Shown here: piece after piece, positions 43,007 through 53,374 of the stretch
How positions within the stretch are numbered: the stretch's first letter is position 1
Layout of the letters: every line of letters begins with the position of its first letter
Source: a virus
Taxonomy: Duplodnaviria > Heunggongvirae > Uroviricota > Caudoviricetes
IMG/VR virus record: IMGVR_UViG_3300028610_000968
Reading direction: 5' to 3' (one strand)
Length of the DNA stretch: 64,000 bases
The notes under the pieces: generated by a model
Seen by the model: only the letters and a program-made list of their open reading frames with translations
What the model was told of the DNA's origin: nothing
Databases searched by the model: none
Translations under genes and position numbers: made by a program

Positions 43007-45840
43007 TATGAGCCTTTAGTCCTCGTTTGTGTTGTCCCATCAGTAGAAACAGTTGCGGTTGCATTAGCGGTTGAATTATCAGCTTTATATACTTTTTGTT
43101 GTTCTGCTGTTTGAGTTGTCTTAAAATAGAATCTAGCAAAACTCCAGAACATTAGGTTTCTAAGTGACTTAGTGGATGTTATATCCGCTGGCTCTGCAAT
43201 CGCTGTATCTAAAGCTGCATTTACTTGAGTCAAAACATTAGCTGCTGAAATATCATTAAGAGCTGTTATCTGAGCTGGAATAGTTGTGCCAGTGTCTTCA
43301 AGTATTGCAGCAATCTCAGTATCTAGAAAATCATCAATCACAGTAATAGCTGCTGGCAATGTTGTTGCTGTATCTTCAAGTATTGCGTCAAAGATTAAAT
43401 CTAGTCTACCACCGTCTGCTAAATCATCTCGTAAAGTATCAAGAATACTTGCTCCATTTTCTTCTAACTCCGCCTGTATCTGTGCAACAGTTGGTGGAGT
43501 TGTTGTGTTCGCACCGTCAGTGCCTCTCATGGCTGCGCCATCCAAACCAGCAACGTCTACGGCTATAGTATCTACATCCGCAGGTAAATTTGCTGCGTCT
43601 AATTCTGCTAGTCTTGTCTCTGTGGCTATTGAATGTTTCGCCCAAGCTGAGTTATTAGCATCTGTTGTATTAGTTCCACTGTCAGTGATATTACCACTTG
43701 TATTATTATTCATCAAATTTCCACAAACTAAGGTGTCTGTTGAAGTTGCACTTATATTTATAGCCCAACCACTAGAACCCGTAATTGCATTGTTTTTAAT
43801 AGTTGTGTTATCAACTGTTCCTGCACCTAATTTAATAGCATCTCCAGCAACCTCTTCAAAGAAGTTGTTTTCAATATGATTGTCGTCCGATGCCGAGCCT
43901 GTGCCTACTATGTTCAAACCTACAGCAGCGCCACCAGCCCCAGTTCCTTGAAAATGATTATTTCTAATCTGGCAATTAGTTCCCTGATTAATATTTATGC
44001 CGTCGCCTCGCGTATCATTTACCCAAACATGATTAATACTTACAAAATCGGCCCCACTTATTTGAACACCATTACCAACTCCAACAGCAGCGGTTTCTAA
44101 TTGGAAACCACTTAACTCTACACCATCACCAGTAACTGCAATTGTGTCTCCTGCACCTGAGCGAGTCCAAATAAAATCTCTACCTGGCCCTCTTATGAAG
44201 CAATATCTTTTGGATATAGTAACATCTTCAGTTAGAGTGGTCACTGTTGAAGCGTGTCCTGCAACTAAGATTATAACATCATGATTGCTGTCTGTGACAG
44301 AATTATCATGACAATCCTGCACGCCCAAGTATGGGTCTGCTCTTCCGCCTCGATTACCATTAGCATAAGTATCTCCATTTACAGGGTCTACATAATACAT
44401 ATTACCTTGCCATGTATGCGCCCCTCTTTGGGTTTCAATAAGGTTGGCGTTCCTATCTACCGATGCTTCTGTTCCCCATTGCTCATTGTTCATAAGATGA
44501 TTATCCGTTCCCTGGTCATCAATACTTCCTAAAGTGTTGTTCATCATGTGCATATCGTAAATTCCAATTTCACTAACACCAACACCAACACTTACCGCCC
44601 AAGCTGAACAGTGAGTAATCCAACAATTTGAAATTATCACATGTTCAGTATCTCCGACTGTTTCACTCATTGATATCCCATCACCTGTTACATGAGAAAT
44701 ATAACAATTCTGAACTGTTATATGTTCCGCCCCAGCAGTTCCTGATATAATATCAATGGCTGAACTCGCCGCATTTTCGCCTACATCGTGGAACGTACAA
44801 TGGCAAACCACAACAAAATCTGATTGAGTTATAGAAATAGAATTACTTCTTGCATAATCGAACCAAACATTTTCTATCCTCAAGAAAGTTGCTCCATCAG
44901 CTGCTACTGCGTCACCAGAACCAGATGTGTGGGTTTCACATTTAAATCCACTTAGTTCCACACCTTCTCCTGTAATTGTTATTACATTACCAGTTGATGT
45001 TGACTTCCAAAGGAAATCACGACCAGGGCCACGTATAAACAAATAATTCTTTGAAATCGTAACCTGTTCATCAAGTACAGTTTCAGCACCAGATTGTCCT
45101 GCCACCAAGAAAATAACATCATGATTATAGTCAGTTGCCTCGGTGTGAGCTTTAGTTACTGTTAGATAAGGTAGTACCTTTGACCCATCTCCAGTAGAAT
45201 CGTTGCCATTTATAGGGTCTACATACCAAACATCTCCTTGGTAAGTGTGATGTCCTTTTTGAGTTTCAATGAGATTAGCATTTCTATCTACGTCAGCAGG
45301 TAAATTTGCTGAATCTAATTCTGCTAATCTGGCTTCTGTTGCTACTGATGCCAAAGCCGCGTTATCTGTACCGACCATATCGGTGTTGGTTGTAGTGGTG
45401 TTCACAAGATTAACAACATCTAACACACCTAACGTGGTATCTAGTGCCTGGCCAGATGATAAAATATCTGTTGCCGCAAGAGTTGAAAACCCTGTCGCCT
45501 TGAAATCCGCCGCATTACAGGCTGTGTAACTTTCTCTTTTTGATGTTGTAATACCATCAACTGTCATTTCCCAAAGAAAGTGATAAGCTTTGCCTGCTGT
45601 AAAAACTGATTTTGCTATAGCAATACCGTACCAGCCAGTTTTTGACATTAATTTCGCAGGAGTAAATGGTGAACCAGTAACACCCACTAGGTCTGTCTCG
45701 TCTGTGTCTCCATCGTCCTCATATATAATTAAATTTGCAGCACTAGGGTCTACTTTAAGACCAGTGCCATCAGTACACTGAATATCAAAAAGTACATTCG
45801 TTGGTAATAAATCTAATTTAAGTTCTTTAATATCACTCAT
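43006..45840 (-). CDS. Virion fibre/spike with two right-handed beta-helix modules
   Basis: Two copies of RNANLIETQ.G.HT.QG...YVDP.NG...H.VI.L...ISK.Y.FIRGPGRDF.W. Confidence 0.7.
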   Translation of the reverse strand: MSDIKELKLDLLPTNVLFDIQCTDGTGLKVDPSAANLIIYEDDGDTDETDLVGVTGSPFTPAKLMSKTGWYGIAIAKSVFTAGKAYHFLWEMTVDGITTSKRESYTACNAADFKATGFSTLAATDILSSGQALDTTLGVLDVVNLVNTTTTNTDMVGTDNAALASVATEARLAELDSANLPADVDRNANLIETQKGHHTYQGDVWYVDPINGNDSTGDGSKVLPYLTVTKAHTEATDYNHDVIFLVAGQSGAETVLDEQVTISKNYLFIRGPGRDFLWKSTSTGNVITITGEGVELSGFKCETHTSGSGDAVAADGATFLRIENVWFDYARSNSISITQSDFVVVCHCTFHDVGENAASSAIDIISGTAGAEHITVQNCYISHVTGDGISMSETVGDTEHVIISNCWITHCSAWAVSVGVGVSEIGIYDMHMMNNTLGSIDDQGTDNHLMNNEQWGTEASVDRNANLIETQRGAHTWQGNMYYVDPVNGDTYANGNRGGRADPYLGVQDCHDNSVTDSNHDVIILVAGHASTVTTLTEDVTISKRYCFIRGPGRDFIWTRSGAGDTIAVTGDGVELSGFQLETAAVGVGNGVQISGADFVSINHVWVNDTRGDGININQGTNCQIRNNHFQGTGAGGAAVGLNIVGTGSASDDNHIENNFFEEVAGDAIKLGAGTVDNTTIKNNAITGSSGWAINISATSTDTLVCGNLMNNNTSGNITDSGTNTTDANNSAWAKHSIATETRLAELDAANLPADVDTIAVDVAGLDGAAMRGTDGANTTTPPTVAQIQAELEENGASILDTLRDDLADGGRLDLIFDAILEDTATTLPAAITVIDDFLDTEIAAILEDTGTTIPAQITALNDISAANVLTQVNAALDTAIAEPADITSTKSLRNLMFWSFARFYFKTTQTAEQQKVYKADNSTANATATVSTDGTTQTRTKGS

Positions 45841-46631
45841 GCTGCTAATACACTCCTTAAAAGTGGTGTTTCAAAACCATCAAGCAGAGACTTGCCCCCG
45901 AAAACTGCTGCCGATAATCCCGGTACAATAATCCCACCCGGATAACTCAGGAGTGTCTCGCCCTGCCATGTGCCGCTGTTGACAATAGTGCCGTCATTGC
46001 CGCCAACAACATCAGCCATCGTTTCGCCAACTGCGGCTGTTCCGTGTGGCTGGTCGTTGGCAGGCCAATAGCTCACTAGGTCTGATTGCTTAATGAGCAA
46101 GGCGCTATACTTCATTTTAGAGGCATATATGGCGAGAACTTCGGCAGCGGTCAGCTCTGCTCCCCACACAACCATGTCCGTTATCTGTCCAGAGTATTCG
46201 ATGGTGTTGTCGTTTCGTCTGCCTATTCTTGGAACAACATTGTTTAGAGTGCTGCCAGAGGTCAGGGTGTCAATAATGTTTGTGCCTTCGTCTACCCCAT
46301 CAACATATAGCCCGCAATCGGCAAATCTCCCGCCGTTTTGGGTGATGGCTACATGATGCCAAAGACCATCATCAATTCTGCTTGTGCTGTCCACAAGAAG
46401 TCGAGCGCTGCCGATGAGACTAATAAATTGCCATCGCACCTGACCGACAGGCGTGGCAATTTCCCAACCCGTATAATTGCCCCCGATAGTAAGTTTGGAA
46501 AAAATTGTCGTTTCTGAAACCGTTCCTTTGCACCAAAAGCTGAAACTAAAGGGGTCTGTCCTGTCGAAATCAAAGGCCGATTCATTGGCTATTGAGGCAT
46601 AGGTGGTTGTCCCGTTGTAGATTAGTGACAT
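45837..46631 (-). CDS. LamG/concanavalin-like virion protein
   Basis: FSFSFW...DGLWHHVAIT...LYVDG...IGRR...G.I.D..VW..ELT. Confidence 0.8.
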   Translation of the reverse strand: MSLIYNGTTTYASIANESAFDFDRTDPFSFSFWCKGTVSETTIFSKLTIGGNYTGWEIATPVGQVRWQFISLIGSARLLVDSTSRIDDGLWHHVAITQNGGRFADCGLYVDGVDEGTNIIDTLTSGSTLNNVVPRIGRRNDNTIEYSGQITDMVVWGAELTAAEVLAIYASKMKYSALLIKQSDLVSYWPANDQPHGTAAVGETMADVVGGNDGTIVNSGTWQGETLLSYPGGIIVPGLSAAVFGGKSLLDGFETPLLRSVLAA

Positions 46632-46904
46632 TTAGCCCAGCGCCCCCGTGCCGTGGCTTGGATGATCTTTGCCCTTGATGGTTGTGGCCACAGCCCCGGT
46701 CGCCAGCGCGTTCAGCTCGGCCTTGAACGTCCTGAGTGCGGCCAGTTGGGCGTCCGTGATATTTGTGTTGGCCAGGTCGATTCCCTTGGTGTCGAACTGG
46801 GCCACAAAGCTATCCAGCTTGGTATCTGCCGCCTGGACTAAATCAATGACTTCAATCGCACCCTGGATTAAAGCCTGAGCTACCTTCTCTTTTGCTATTG
46901 TCAT
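46632..46904 (-). CDS. Hypothetical protein
   Basis: 90-aa ORF in a GC-rich cassette. Confidence 0.6.
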   Translation of the reverse strand: MTIAKEKVAQALIQGAIEVIDLVQAADTKLDSFVAQFDTKGIDLANTNITDAQLAALRTFKAELNALATGAVATTIKGKDHPSHGTGALG

Positions 46905-46917
46905 CTAAATCACCCCT

Positions 46918-47418
46918 TTAGGCATCATCATATTTAATCTCAGCAGCCACCAGTTCTAGATCACCGCTGGCTGTGTCATCAGTGTCATCATGGTCACGTT
47001 GGATATGAAACCAGACAGAATCACCCACCGCCATGCTATCAGCATTGGTCAGTGGCGTGGCGATGGTGTCGTGAAGTCCAGCTGTGCCGGGAACAGTGAT
47101 GCCTCCCGTGGTTTCGTTCAAGGTGTCAAAACCAGCAGCATCTACATCATCACCATCAGAGCAGGCCATGACCTTAACTTCCATGTCTACTTTGCCGCTG
47201 GTGGCTGAGGCCATCGCATACTTCAATTCTAAAATCGGCGTACCCACATAATTCAAAGGAACAATCCACGGGCCGAAAATTGCTTCTTGTGTGGCATCTG
47301 TGGCGAATAATAGCTTGGGCTTTCGGTCACCCATATCAATTCGTGCTGGCGTTGTAATGTCTGCGCCTGATAACTTCGCTGTTTGTGGTTGAAGTGTCCC
47401 ACCTGATATTGTTGCCAT
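46918..47418 (-). CDS. Hypothetical virion protein
   Basis: GAGG RBS; beta-rich; D...GDLELVAAEIKY. Confidence 0.6.
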   Translation of the reverse strand: MATISGGTLQPQTAKLSGADITTPARIDMGDRKPKLLFATDATQEAIFGPWIVPLNYVGTPILELKYAMASATSGKVDMEVKVMACSDGDDVDAAGFDTLNETTGGITVPGTAGLHDTIATPLTNADSMAVGDSVWFHIQRDHDDTDDTASGDLELVAAEIKYDDA

Positions 47419-47475
47419 AATTAACCTCTTTCCTTAAACTTCATCGAATATTTCATAGTTCTCAATATTTGTTTC

Positions 47476-47862
47476 TTATTGCGGTAATCTCATTAGAGTG
47501 TCTGCCGCTTGTATTTGGTGGAAAAACTGTTGTTTTCCTGTTCTTGCAGCCGCCTCTAAAGCTTTATGCACTAGCTTGTCTCTTTTTTTCTTATCAAACT
47601 TAGCAACTCTAGCTAACCAAAGATCTAAATCCTCTTTTGAATCAGCTTCTAATACAGCTTCAATATCATCAGGGTCTCCTGAGATTTCTACAATTTTACT
47701 TTCAATTGTTGCTTTCTGTACTTTCTCAATCAGTTCAACATCAGCTTTTGCAATGTCATACTGTTTCTTAGTTAGAAACGATTCTGCTTTTGGAGCAATC
47801 CACTTTTCTCCCTCTAGGATTTTTATTACTCGGTCATGTTTGTTCTTTACTCTATACATCAT
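47476..47862 (-). CDS. Hypothetical protein downstream of the major capsid gene
   Basis: AAGGAA RBS; conserved position. Confidence 0.6.
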   Translation of the reverse strand: MMYRVKNKHDRVIKILEGEKWIAPKAESFLTKKQYDIAKADVELIEKVQKATIESKIVEISGDPDDIEAVLEADSKEDLDLWLARVAKFDKKKRDKLVHKALEAAARTGKQQFFHQIQAADTLMRLPQ

Positions 47863-47894
47863 ATTATTTATTCCTTTCCTTAAATATAGGTATT

Positions 47895-47927
47895 GGTGAG
47901 AGCATCGGCATAACCAATGCTCTCACC
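47895..47927 (-). terminator. Strong hairpin after the major capsid gene (terminator/attenuator or mRNA stabiliser)
   Basis: GGTGAGAGCAT-11 nt-ATGCTCTCACC. Confidence 0.5.
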
Positions 47928-47946
47928 CGCGTACCTAATAAAAATA

Positions 47947-48807
47947 TTAATCACTAATTGTAGCTTTAATGATACGATTAGCGTCCATCACTCCAAATCC
48001 AACTTCTTGGTGAGCAATAATACCAACGCGCAATTTCTTAATTGTTGTTGGGTCGTCATACGTTCTCAAACTGCCCCTAATTGGCATAAAGCCAAGTAAG
48101 TTCGGACGGGCATCAACGAAATATACCTCATCGTCAGTGAGATTGTACGCCACATTAATGTTAGCTTTCCAAATGGAATTTAGACCAGCATCAACATAGA
48201 TTTCTCTTTGTGTCACTGGGTCAAGAGTTGTACTTGTCCAGTCACGAATATTCGCATATCTATTTGAACTTACGAAAATTTCAGTAACTTTGTAGTCTCT
48301 CCTTGACTCCATCTTTTGGAAACCAGCGTTAATAACAGGTTTTGTTAATCCGCTTTCTCCTGAAACACTAACAGTGTTTCCTGTTGTTACAGCGGCTTCA
48401 AGTACAGTCCAACCATCAGTTTCTTCAAGTTGAACAATAGAATCAGTCAATCTTTGCTGTGCCCTCTCAATTACGTTAAGACGGCCTTGCTCTGCATCTC
48501 TAATTTTGTACTCTACGTCACCCACCATTTCATAGGTGTTTATAGTAACTTCTTCCAATTGGACTAAGTTCGTAGGAACCGCACCCATGCGAGGCATAAG
48601 CCATGCAGAGATGTATGGTAAGTCTAATTGGTATGTAGGAGCTGTACCAGGCTCAATCTGGTCAACTGTAAAAATCTTTCTTACAGTTGATAATACTGGT
48701 AGTTGTTCTTCAACCATAGTAGCCCAGGAACCCGCGTGGGCCTGACGATTATTTTCGCTGGCTACTGATGTTTTCAGAAGTTCTACCTTTTGTTCTCTAG
48801 TAAGCAC
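47947..48807 (-). CDS. Major capsid protein (HK97-like fold, probable)
   Basis: AGGAGG RBS; follows protease and decoration genes; GRLNVIERAQQRL, EVGFGVMD.N.I. Confidence 0.75.
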   Translation of the reverse strand: MLTREQKVELLKTSVASENNRQAHAGSWATMVEEQLPVLSTVRKIFTVDQIEPGTAPTYQLDLPYISAWLMPRMGAVPTNLVQLEEVTINTYEMVGDVEYKIRDAEQGRLNVIERAQQRLTDSIVQLEETDGWTVLEAAVTTGNTVSVSGESGLTKPVINAGFQKMESRRDYKVTEIFVSSNRYANIRDWTSTTLDPVTQREIYVDAGLNSIWKANINVAYNLTDDEVYFVDARPNLLGFMPIRGSLRTYDDPTTIKKLRVGIIAHQEVGFGVMDANRIIKATISD

Positions 48808-48844
48808 TCTATCTACCTCCTTATGTTTTTTATTTTTTTATAGA

Positions 48845-49285
48845 TTAAATAAGCGCCTTAATGGTTATCAAACCAGTTGTTGCATCTGGAGTTGTGATTG
48901 TCTCAGCAACCGCAGTACCGTTAGCCGTAGCTGTAGTGATAAGTTTACCACCAGAAGCGTATAATAGGTCTCCGATACTGATACTCTCACCAGCGTTACC
49001 TGAAGCCTTTAGGATACCTCCATTTAGATAGACACCGATAACATCGTCTACCTTGGCTGTCCTAGTAATGAGACCGTTCAGTGCAATCTGATCAATTCCA
49101 TCAGTTGTAACTGTCTGAGCTGAAAACCCAAAAGGTCTCTCTGTAGCAAGACATTTTTCTACCTCTCCCGCAGTGCTAGACAATGTAACAACATCCATGA
49201 TGGCCATTGTTTCATTGGCTTTGAGTTCGATATAGATAATATCTTCATATACACCTGCTGTGTAATTTTGATTTGTATATGGCAA
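48845..49285 (-). CDS. Putative capsid decoration protein
   Basis: AGGAGG RBS; GD.LYAS.GKL motif; lies between protease and capsid genes. Confidence 0.6.
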   Translation of the reverse strand: MPYTNQNYTAGVYEDIIYIELKANETMAIMDVVTLSSTAGEVEKCLATERPFGFSAQTVTTDGIDQIALNGLITRTAKVDDVIGVYLNGGILKASGNAGESISIGDLLYASGGKLITTATANGTAVAETITTPDATTGLITIKALI

Positions 49286-49322
49286 TTAAAATTCCCTCCT
49301 TAAAATTTTTAAATTTTTTTAA

Positions 49323-50654
49323 TTACTCTTTGCTGTACATGTCAGTGTACTTTTGGTCAAGAGTTTTGTCTTCATCATCTTCTAGGTTCAATGAACCAGG
49401 AACAATGTCACCGAATGTATCAGTGACTTCTGTTGAAGCACTCGCTTTTTTGACCGCAGTAATATCTGCAAAATAACTAGCAAACACTTCTTCCTCCATT
49501 CCACCAAGAACCTTTTTCTTATCAGAAAGCTGCTCTTCTGTGAAACCAATTCCAGCTTTAGAAAGTTTATCTAGTCTCTCAAGTCCAAGATTATCGGCAA
49601 TAATTACCGCATTCTCAGACTTGGCATTTTTTAGTTCTTCCTCTAGCTCTTCAATCCTTTTGTTAGCAATAGAAATTTCTGTATCTTCATCTGTTGACTC
49701 TTCTTGTGGATTAATCGCAGCTGTAATTTCCTTAACTGCCTCCGCAACAATAGACTTAACATCTTCAGTTGTTAGAGTTTCTTCTGCTACCACAGTATCG
49801 GCTACTTTTGGAGCTTCCTCTGCGTTAGTATCTTCTACCTTTACTTCTTCTTTATTCTTACTCAATATATCTGAAACCTCCTTTTTGCTTATGCAATATT
49901 CGCACTTTTCTTCATGTTCTTTAATTTCTATCCCAACAACATTAGCGAGTGCGTTATCATATACATCATTGTGGATTTTTCCCCAATAGTCTGTGACCTT
50001 TTCTAACGTGCATAATTCTGTATTCTCAAACAGTTTCAAGGCCAGTAAAGAATTGGCTTTCTTATCTGAGACTACTTTCGCTGTCTCTTTGGCTGCTGCT
50101 AAAAATACAGCTTCTTTGTCTGCGGGGGTGGCAGTTACGCCTACGCCTCCGAAAAATGGTCTTATAAACTCTCTAGAAACTAACTTTCCTTTGTATTCTC
50201 CGCCTTTTGATTCTCTAAGCTCATCAGAAGCTTCACTATCACTGATTACTTCGTCGTAATCTCCTAATACAAAGTTACAATCTGGAAAATAACATTCCAT
50301 TGAAACCTTTATATCCCCATTTGCATAGCCAGTTTTGATTTCTTCAGATTCATCTGAGTACTTGTACTTCCAAATCTCACCTTCGCACACAACATAAGAT
50401 ACGTCGTTTCTTTCCTCAATAGATGATGCTGTCACAACACCTATGTTTGGTTCCCCATGTTCCCAATTAATTGGCTTGTTTACAATAGTCTTATAAGAAT
50501 AATCTAAACTAGCCTTGGTGAATCTGTCTCCATTGTTATTTACTCCCTCATGGCAAAGTTCAAACTTCACTCTCATAAGGTCTTTACTTTCTCCCTCTGC
50601 TGCGGAGCTGTAGGAAACAATTTCAAAAGGGGTTGTTATAATTACTTTATTCAA
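49323..50654 (-). CDS. Prohead protease with C-terminal scaffold
   Basis: NNNGD.F...KPINWEH...IG...G.IWK...VSMEC...F.GVG.T..PAD; acidic coiled-coil tail. Confidence 0.8.
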   Translation of the reverse strand: MNKVIITTPFEIVSYSSAAEGESKDLMRVKFELCHEGVNNNGDRFTKASLDYSYKTIVNKPINWEHGEPNIGVVTASSIEERNDVSYVVCEGEIWKYKYSDESEEIKTGYANGDIKVSMECYFPDCNFVLGDYDEVISDSEASDELRESKGGEYKGKLVSREFIRPFFGGVGVTATPADKEAVFLAAAKETAKVVSDKKANSLLALKLFENTELCTLEKVTDYWGKIHNDVYDNALANVVGIEIKEHEEKCEYCISKKEVSDILSKNKEEVKVEDTNAEEAPKVADTVVAEETLTTEDVKSIVAEAVKEITAAINPQEESTDEDTEISIANKRIEELEEELKNAKSENAVIIADNLGLERLDKLSKAGIGFTEEQLSDKKKVLGGMEEEVFASYFADITAVKKASASTEVTDTFGDIVPGSLNLEDDEDKTLDQKYTDMYSKE

Positions 50655-50690
50655 ACACGCTACCCCCTTTCAAGATTAAATAATGTGTTT

Positions 50691-50972
50691 TTATCCCCAT
50701 ACTAAAGCTATTAATCCTCCGACAAATGAAACTAAAACAATGCCCACAAAACCGTATACTATTTTTTCTACAGTTTTACTTGCATACCTTTCATCCGCTG
50801 ACTCCGTAAAGTCATCAATGTTCTTAGTTAATTTTTTTATACCTGATTCAATTCTTGTTTGACCATCTGTGAAATTCTTTTCTATTCTTTTATGGTCTAC
50901 TTTATTCTGTTCCATCTGTTCTTTCATGACAGCCACCGCCATATCAGTTTCTCTTCTATCGTCTTCTGGCAT
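50691..50972 (-). CDS. Small protein with C-terminal TM helix (holin/XhlA-like)
   Basis: Coiled-coil + YASK.VEKIVYGFVGIVL. Confidence 0.55.
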   Translation of the reverse strand: MPEDDRRETDMAVAVMKEQMEQNKVDHKRIEKNFTDGQTRIESGIKKLTKNIDDFTESADERYASKTVEKIVYGFVGIVLVSFVGGLIALVWG

Positions 50973-51511
50973 TACTTTCTATAAATGTCTTCAAACCCAA
51001 AGTCTTCTACGATTCTGCCTTTTGATTTAAAATAATCAAGTGCAACATCAATCCTAGCAGATATATAATTTTGTTCTCTTTCGGTGTAAAGATTTTTATT
51101 AGTAGCAACGCTCCAATTTTGTTTGGCAGCTTGAGTTCTATCAAGCGTGTTCAACGGCAATCTATAGTTCATCTCATCTGCAAACATATAATCAGGGCAA
51201 TCTTCGTAGCTTTTTGGTTTCTCTGTATTACCAAACTCTCTTTTGATTGGCTGAGTTCCCATTCCAATTGGCAACTTGAATTTCTTGGTTGCAGAAGAAT
51301 CCAATAGACCACTTAAAAACCCAGACAATTCATCCAAATTGGCTTTTGATTTCTTTTGATGCTCTTCCCAACTGACTTCAGACCTTACTCTCTGTCTACA
51401 TTCAACTAATTGAAGAACCACGTATGGAATATCCAAAATATCTTCTTTCAGTGTCAGTATAGCTTCTTGTAACTTTTTATCCGCTTTCTTCAGTCGTGCT
51501 AGACTCGCCAT
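50972..51511 (-). CDS. Hypothetical protein
   Basis: 179 aa; FADEMNYRLPL...AK.NW motif. Confidence 0.55.
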   Translation of the reverse strand: MASLARLKKADKKLQEAILTLKEDILDIPYVVLQLVECRQRVRSEVSWEEHQKKSKANLDELSGFLSGLLDSSATKKFKLPIGMGTQPIKREFGNTEKPKSYEDCPDYMFADEMNYRLPLNTLDRTQAAKQNWSVATNKNLYTEREQNYISARIDVALDYFKSKGRIVEDFGFEDIYRK

Positions 51512-53087
51512 CTACTTCTCCCCCTTCTGTTCCGAGAAAATCCAAATCCAAAGACGCTTGGCCTTTTGGACTCGGTTGCCCTCGTTTAGTGTAATCATTT
51601 TTAACTTTATTTTTCGGTCTCCCAGTACCACCGGGCTTATTACTCGGAGGTTTTGGTGTGGCCGGGGGTTTTGGTGGAGAAGTTGGGTCTTGCCCAGAGA
51701 AAGGAGTATAAGGCGGTTCAAATATTTTATTAATTCCTTTTTTAGTCTCATTCTCTTTTTTCTTTCTTTCAACGTCTGCGTCTAACCCAAAAACTTCGTG
51801 CATAGTCTCAGCTGATAATAATCCTCTGTCGTACATATTTTGCATAACTGTAAAGTACACTTTCTCATCCTTGAGATTTATTTTATGTAACTTGACTTTA
51901 GGAACACTTTTAAAATTAAGTCCTAATTCATCTGCTATACGTCTATACTCTAGTTCTTGCCACCTGCGAACTTGGTTTCTAACTCCTTCTAATCTTTCAA
52001 TAAGAGCCATTACCCCTACCCAAGCTGTAGCGAAGTTCGAACCTCCACCACTAATTAATATATCTATAACACCCAAACCATCGATAATATCTTTATTCAG
52101 TTGAGAATATTTATCATCCTTGAATATATCAACTGGTGGTCTGAACATTTCTATATCTAAAGTATGATTCCAAAAAATCATTTTAGTCTTAGCTGGGTTA
52201 GCAAACAAAGCGGCTAACCTTTGTAATCTCGCATCTGTGCTGGGGTAATCATCGTTCCCCTCAGTCACTTTAATCAGAAAGTTTGTAAGCCCCTCAGCTG
52301 TTGCCATGTCAGCTTGGCGCATTGCTCTTTTAATTAATACAGGCTCAAAAATTCTAGTTAAAAACGGTGTGGCAAATTTTTGGTACGGTTGTCTTTTCCT
52401 ACTTATACGTGATGTGCGTTCTTCTGGTAGAGGTATAATAGTACTAGCAGAAAGAACTTTTTCTTTTCTCAACACAGCACGTACTTCTTTAGGTAAAGAA
52501 TTTATTACAATATTCTTAGTTCTTTTGTCATTATAAAGCTTTATAAATTCTTGATTGGGTTTAATCCCTAGTATTTCTTTCCCCATGAACAAACCATCAA
52601 AAACCTCTATATTCAAAGGGTTAAGAACAGTGAAAGGAAAATAAGTAGAACCCTTATCTTTGCCTGTTTTTACTTTCTGCTCTTCTCCTCTTAATACAAA
52701 AACGTCACCAGTGATAAGATACTCCCAAAAAAGCCATCTGTGTAAATTATCCATGTCTGAGTATTTACATAGCTTATCAAAAAACTCTTTTGCTTCTTTA
52801 TCATCACTAATGTTTTCCATGCCAGTAGTGGAAAAATCAATCATCAAATCAATAACTGTGCCTACTACTGCTTCATTAAAATATATATCTCTAGACAATT
52901 TAACTCTACTCTTAAAGTCTTTAGGTATCCTTATCGTTTGGCTCCTTTTGTCTAGTCCAAACCTTTCCCCTAAGTCTGAAGGAAATAGGTTAATACTACC
53001 TAGAGCTAAAGGCAGCTTTTGTGGTGTTGCTTCAACTTCGATACCTAAATCTTGCTGTTCTTCTTGTTGTTCGTTTTCTTCAGACAA
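51477..53087 (-). CDS. Portal protein
   Basis: GGAGG RBS + TTG; VGTVIDLMIDF, EYLITGDVF, LNPLNI, PFL; follows terminase. Confidence 0.75.
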   Translation of the reverse strand: MSEENEQQEEQQDLGIEVEATPQKLPLALGSINLFPSDLGERFGLDKRSQTIRIPKDFKSRVKLSRDIYFNEAVVGTVIDLMIDFSTTGMENISDDKEAKEFFDKLCKYSDMDNLHRWLFWEYLITGDVFVLRGEEQKVKTGKDKGSTYFPFTVLNPLNIEVFDGLFMGKEILGIKPNQEFIKLYNDKRTKNIVINSLPKEVRAVLRKEKVLSASTIIPLPEERTSRISRKRQPYQKFATPFLTRIFEPVLIKRAMRQADMATAEGLTNFLIKVTEGNDDYPSTDARLQRLAALFANPAKTKMIFWNHTLDIEMFRPPVDIFKDDKYSQLNKDIIDGLGVIDILISGGGSNFATAWVGVMALIERLEGVRNQVRRWQELEYRRIADELGLNFKSVPKVKLHKINLKDEKVYFTVMQNMYDRGLLSAETMHEVFGLDADVERKKKENETKKGINKIFEPPYTPFSGQDPTSPPKPPATPKPPSNKPGGTGRPKNKVKNDYTKRGQPSPKGQASLDLDFLGTEGGEVDGESSTTEESG

Positions 53088-53089
53088 TA

Positions 53090-53371
53090 TTACCTGTCCT
53101 CCCTCGGCATGTACACTTGTTGATATACTCTCAACTGTGCCTTGTAGTCTAAATCTGATACGCAAGGGTTTCTAGTAGACCATTCAACAGAATCTTCAGT
53201 GCTCCAATTTTTTTGTAAAGAAAATAAATGGGTAATCACAACAACTTTATTATTTATGACTTCCACTGAGGCTTTTATGCCTTTCTTTTTATCAATAACA
53301 ATTGTTTTTAATTTTCCTGTTTTGGGCTTTTTTACATCTACCCTGACATATTTTCTACTTACCTCTGGCAT
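53090..53371 (-). CDS. Hypothetical protein
   Basis: K.GIKA..E......VVITHLF...WS.E....W motif. Confidence 0.55.
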   Translation of the reverse strand: MPEVSRKYVRVDVKKPKTGKLKTIVIDKKKGIKASVEVINNKVVVITHLFSLQKNWSTEDSVEWSTRNPCVSDLDYKAQLRVYQQVYMPREDR

Positions 53372-53374
53372 ATT

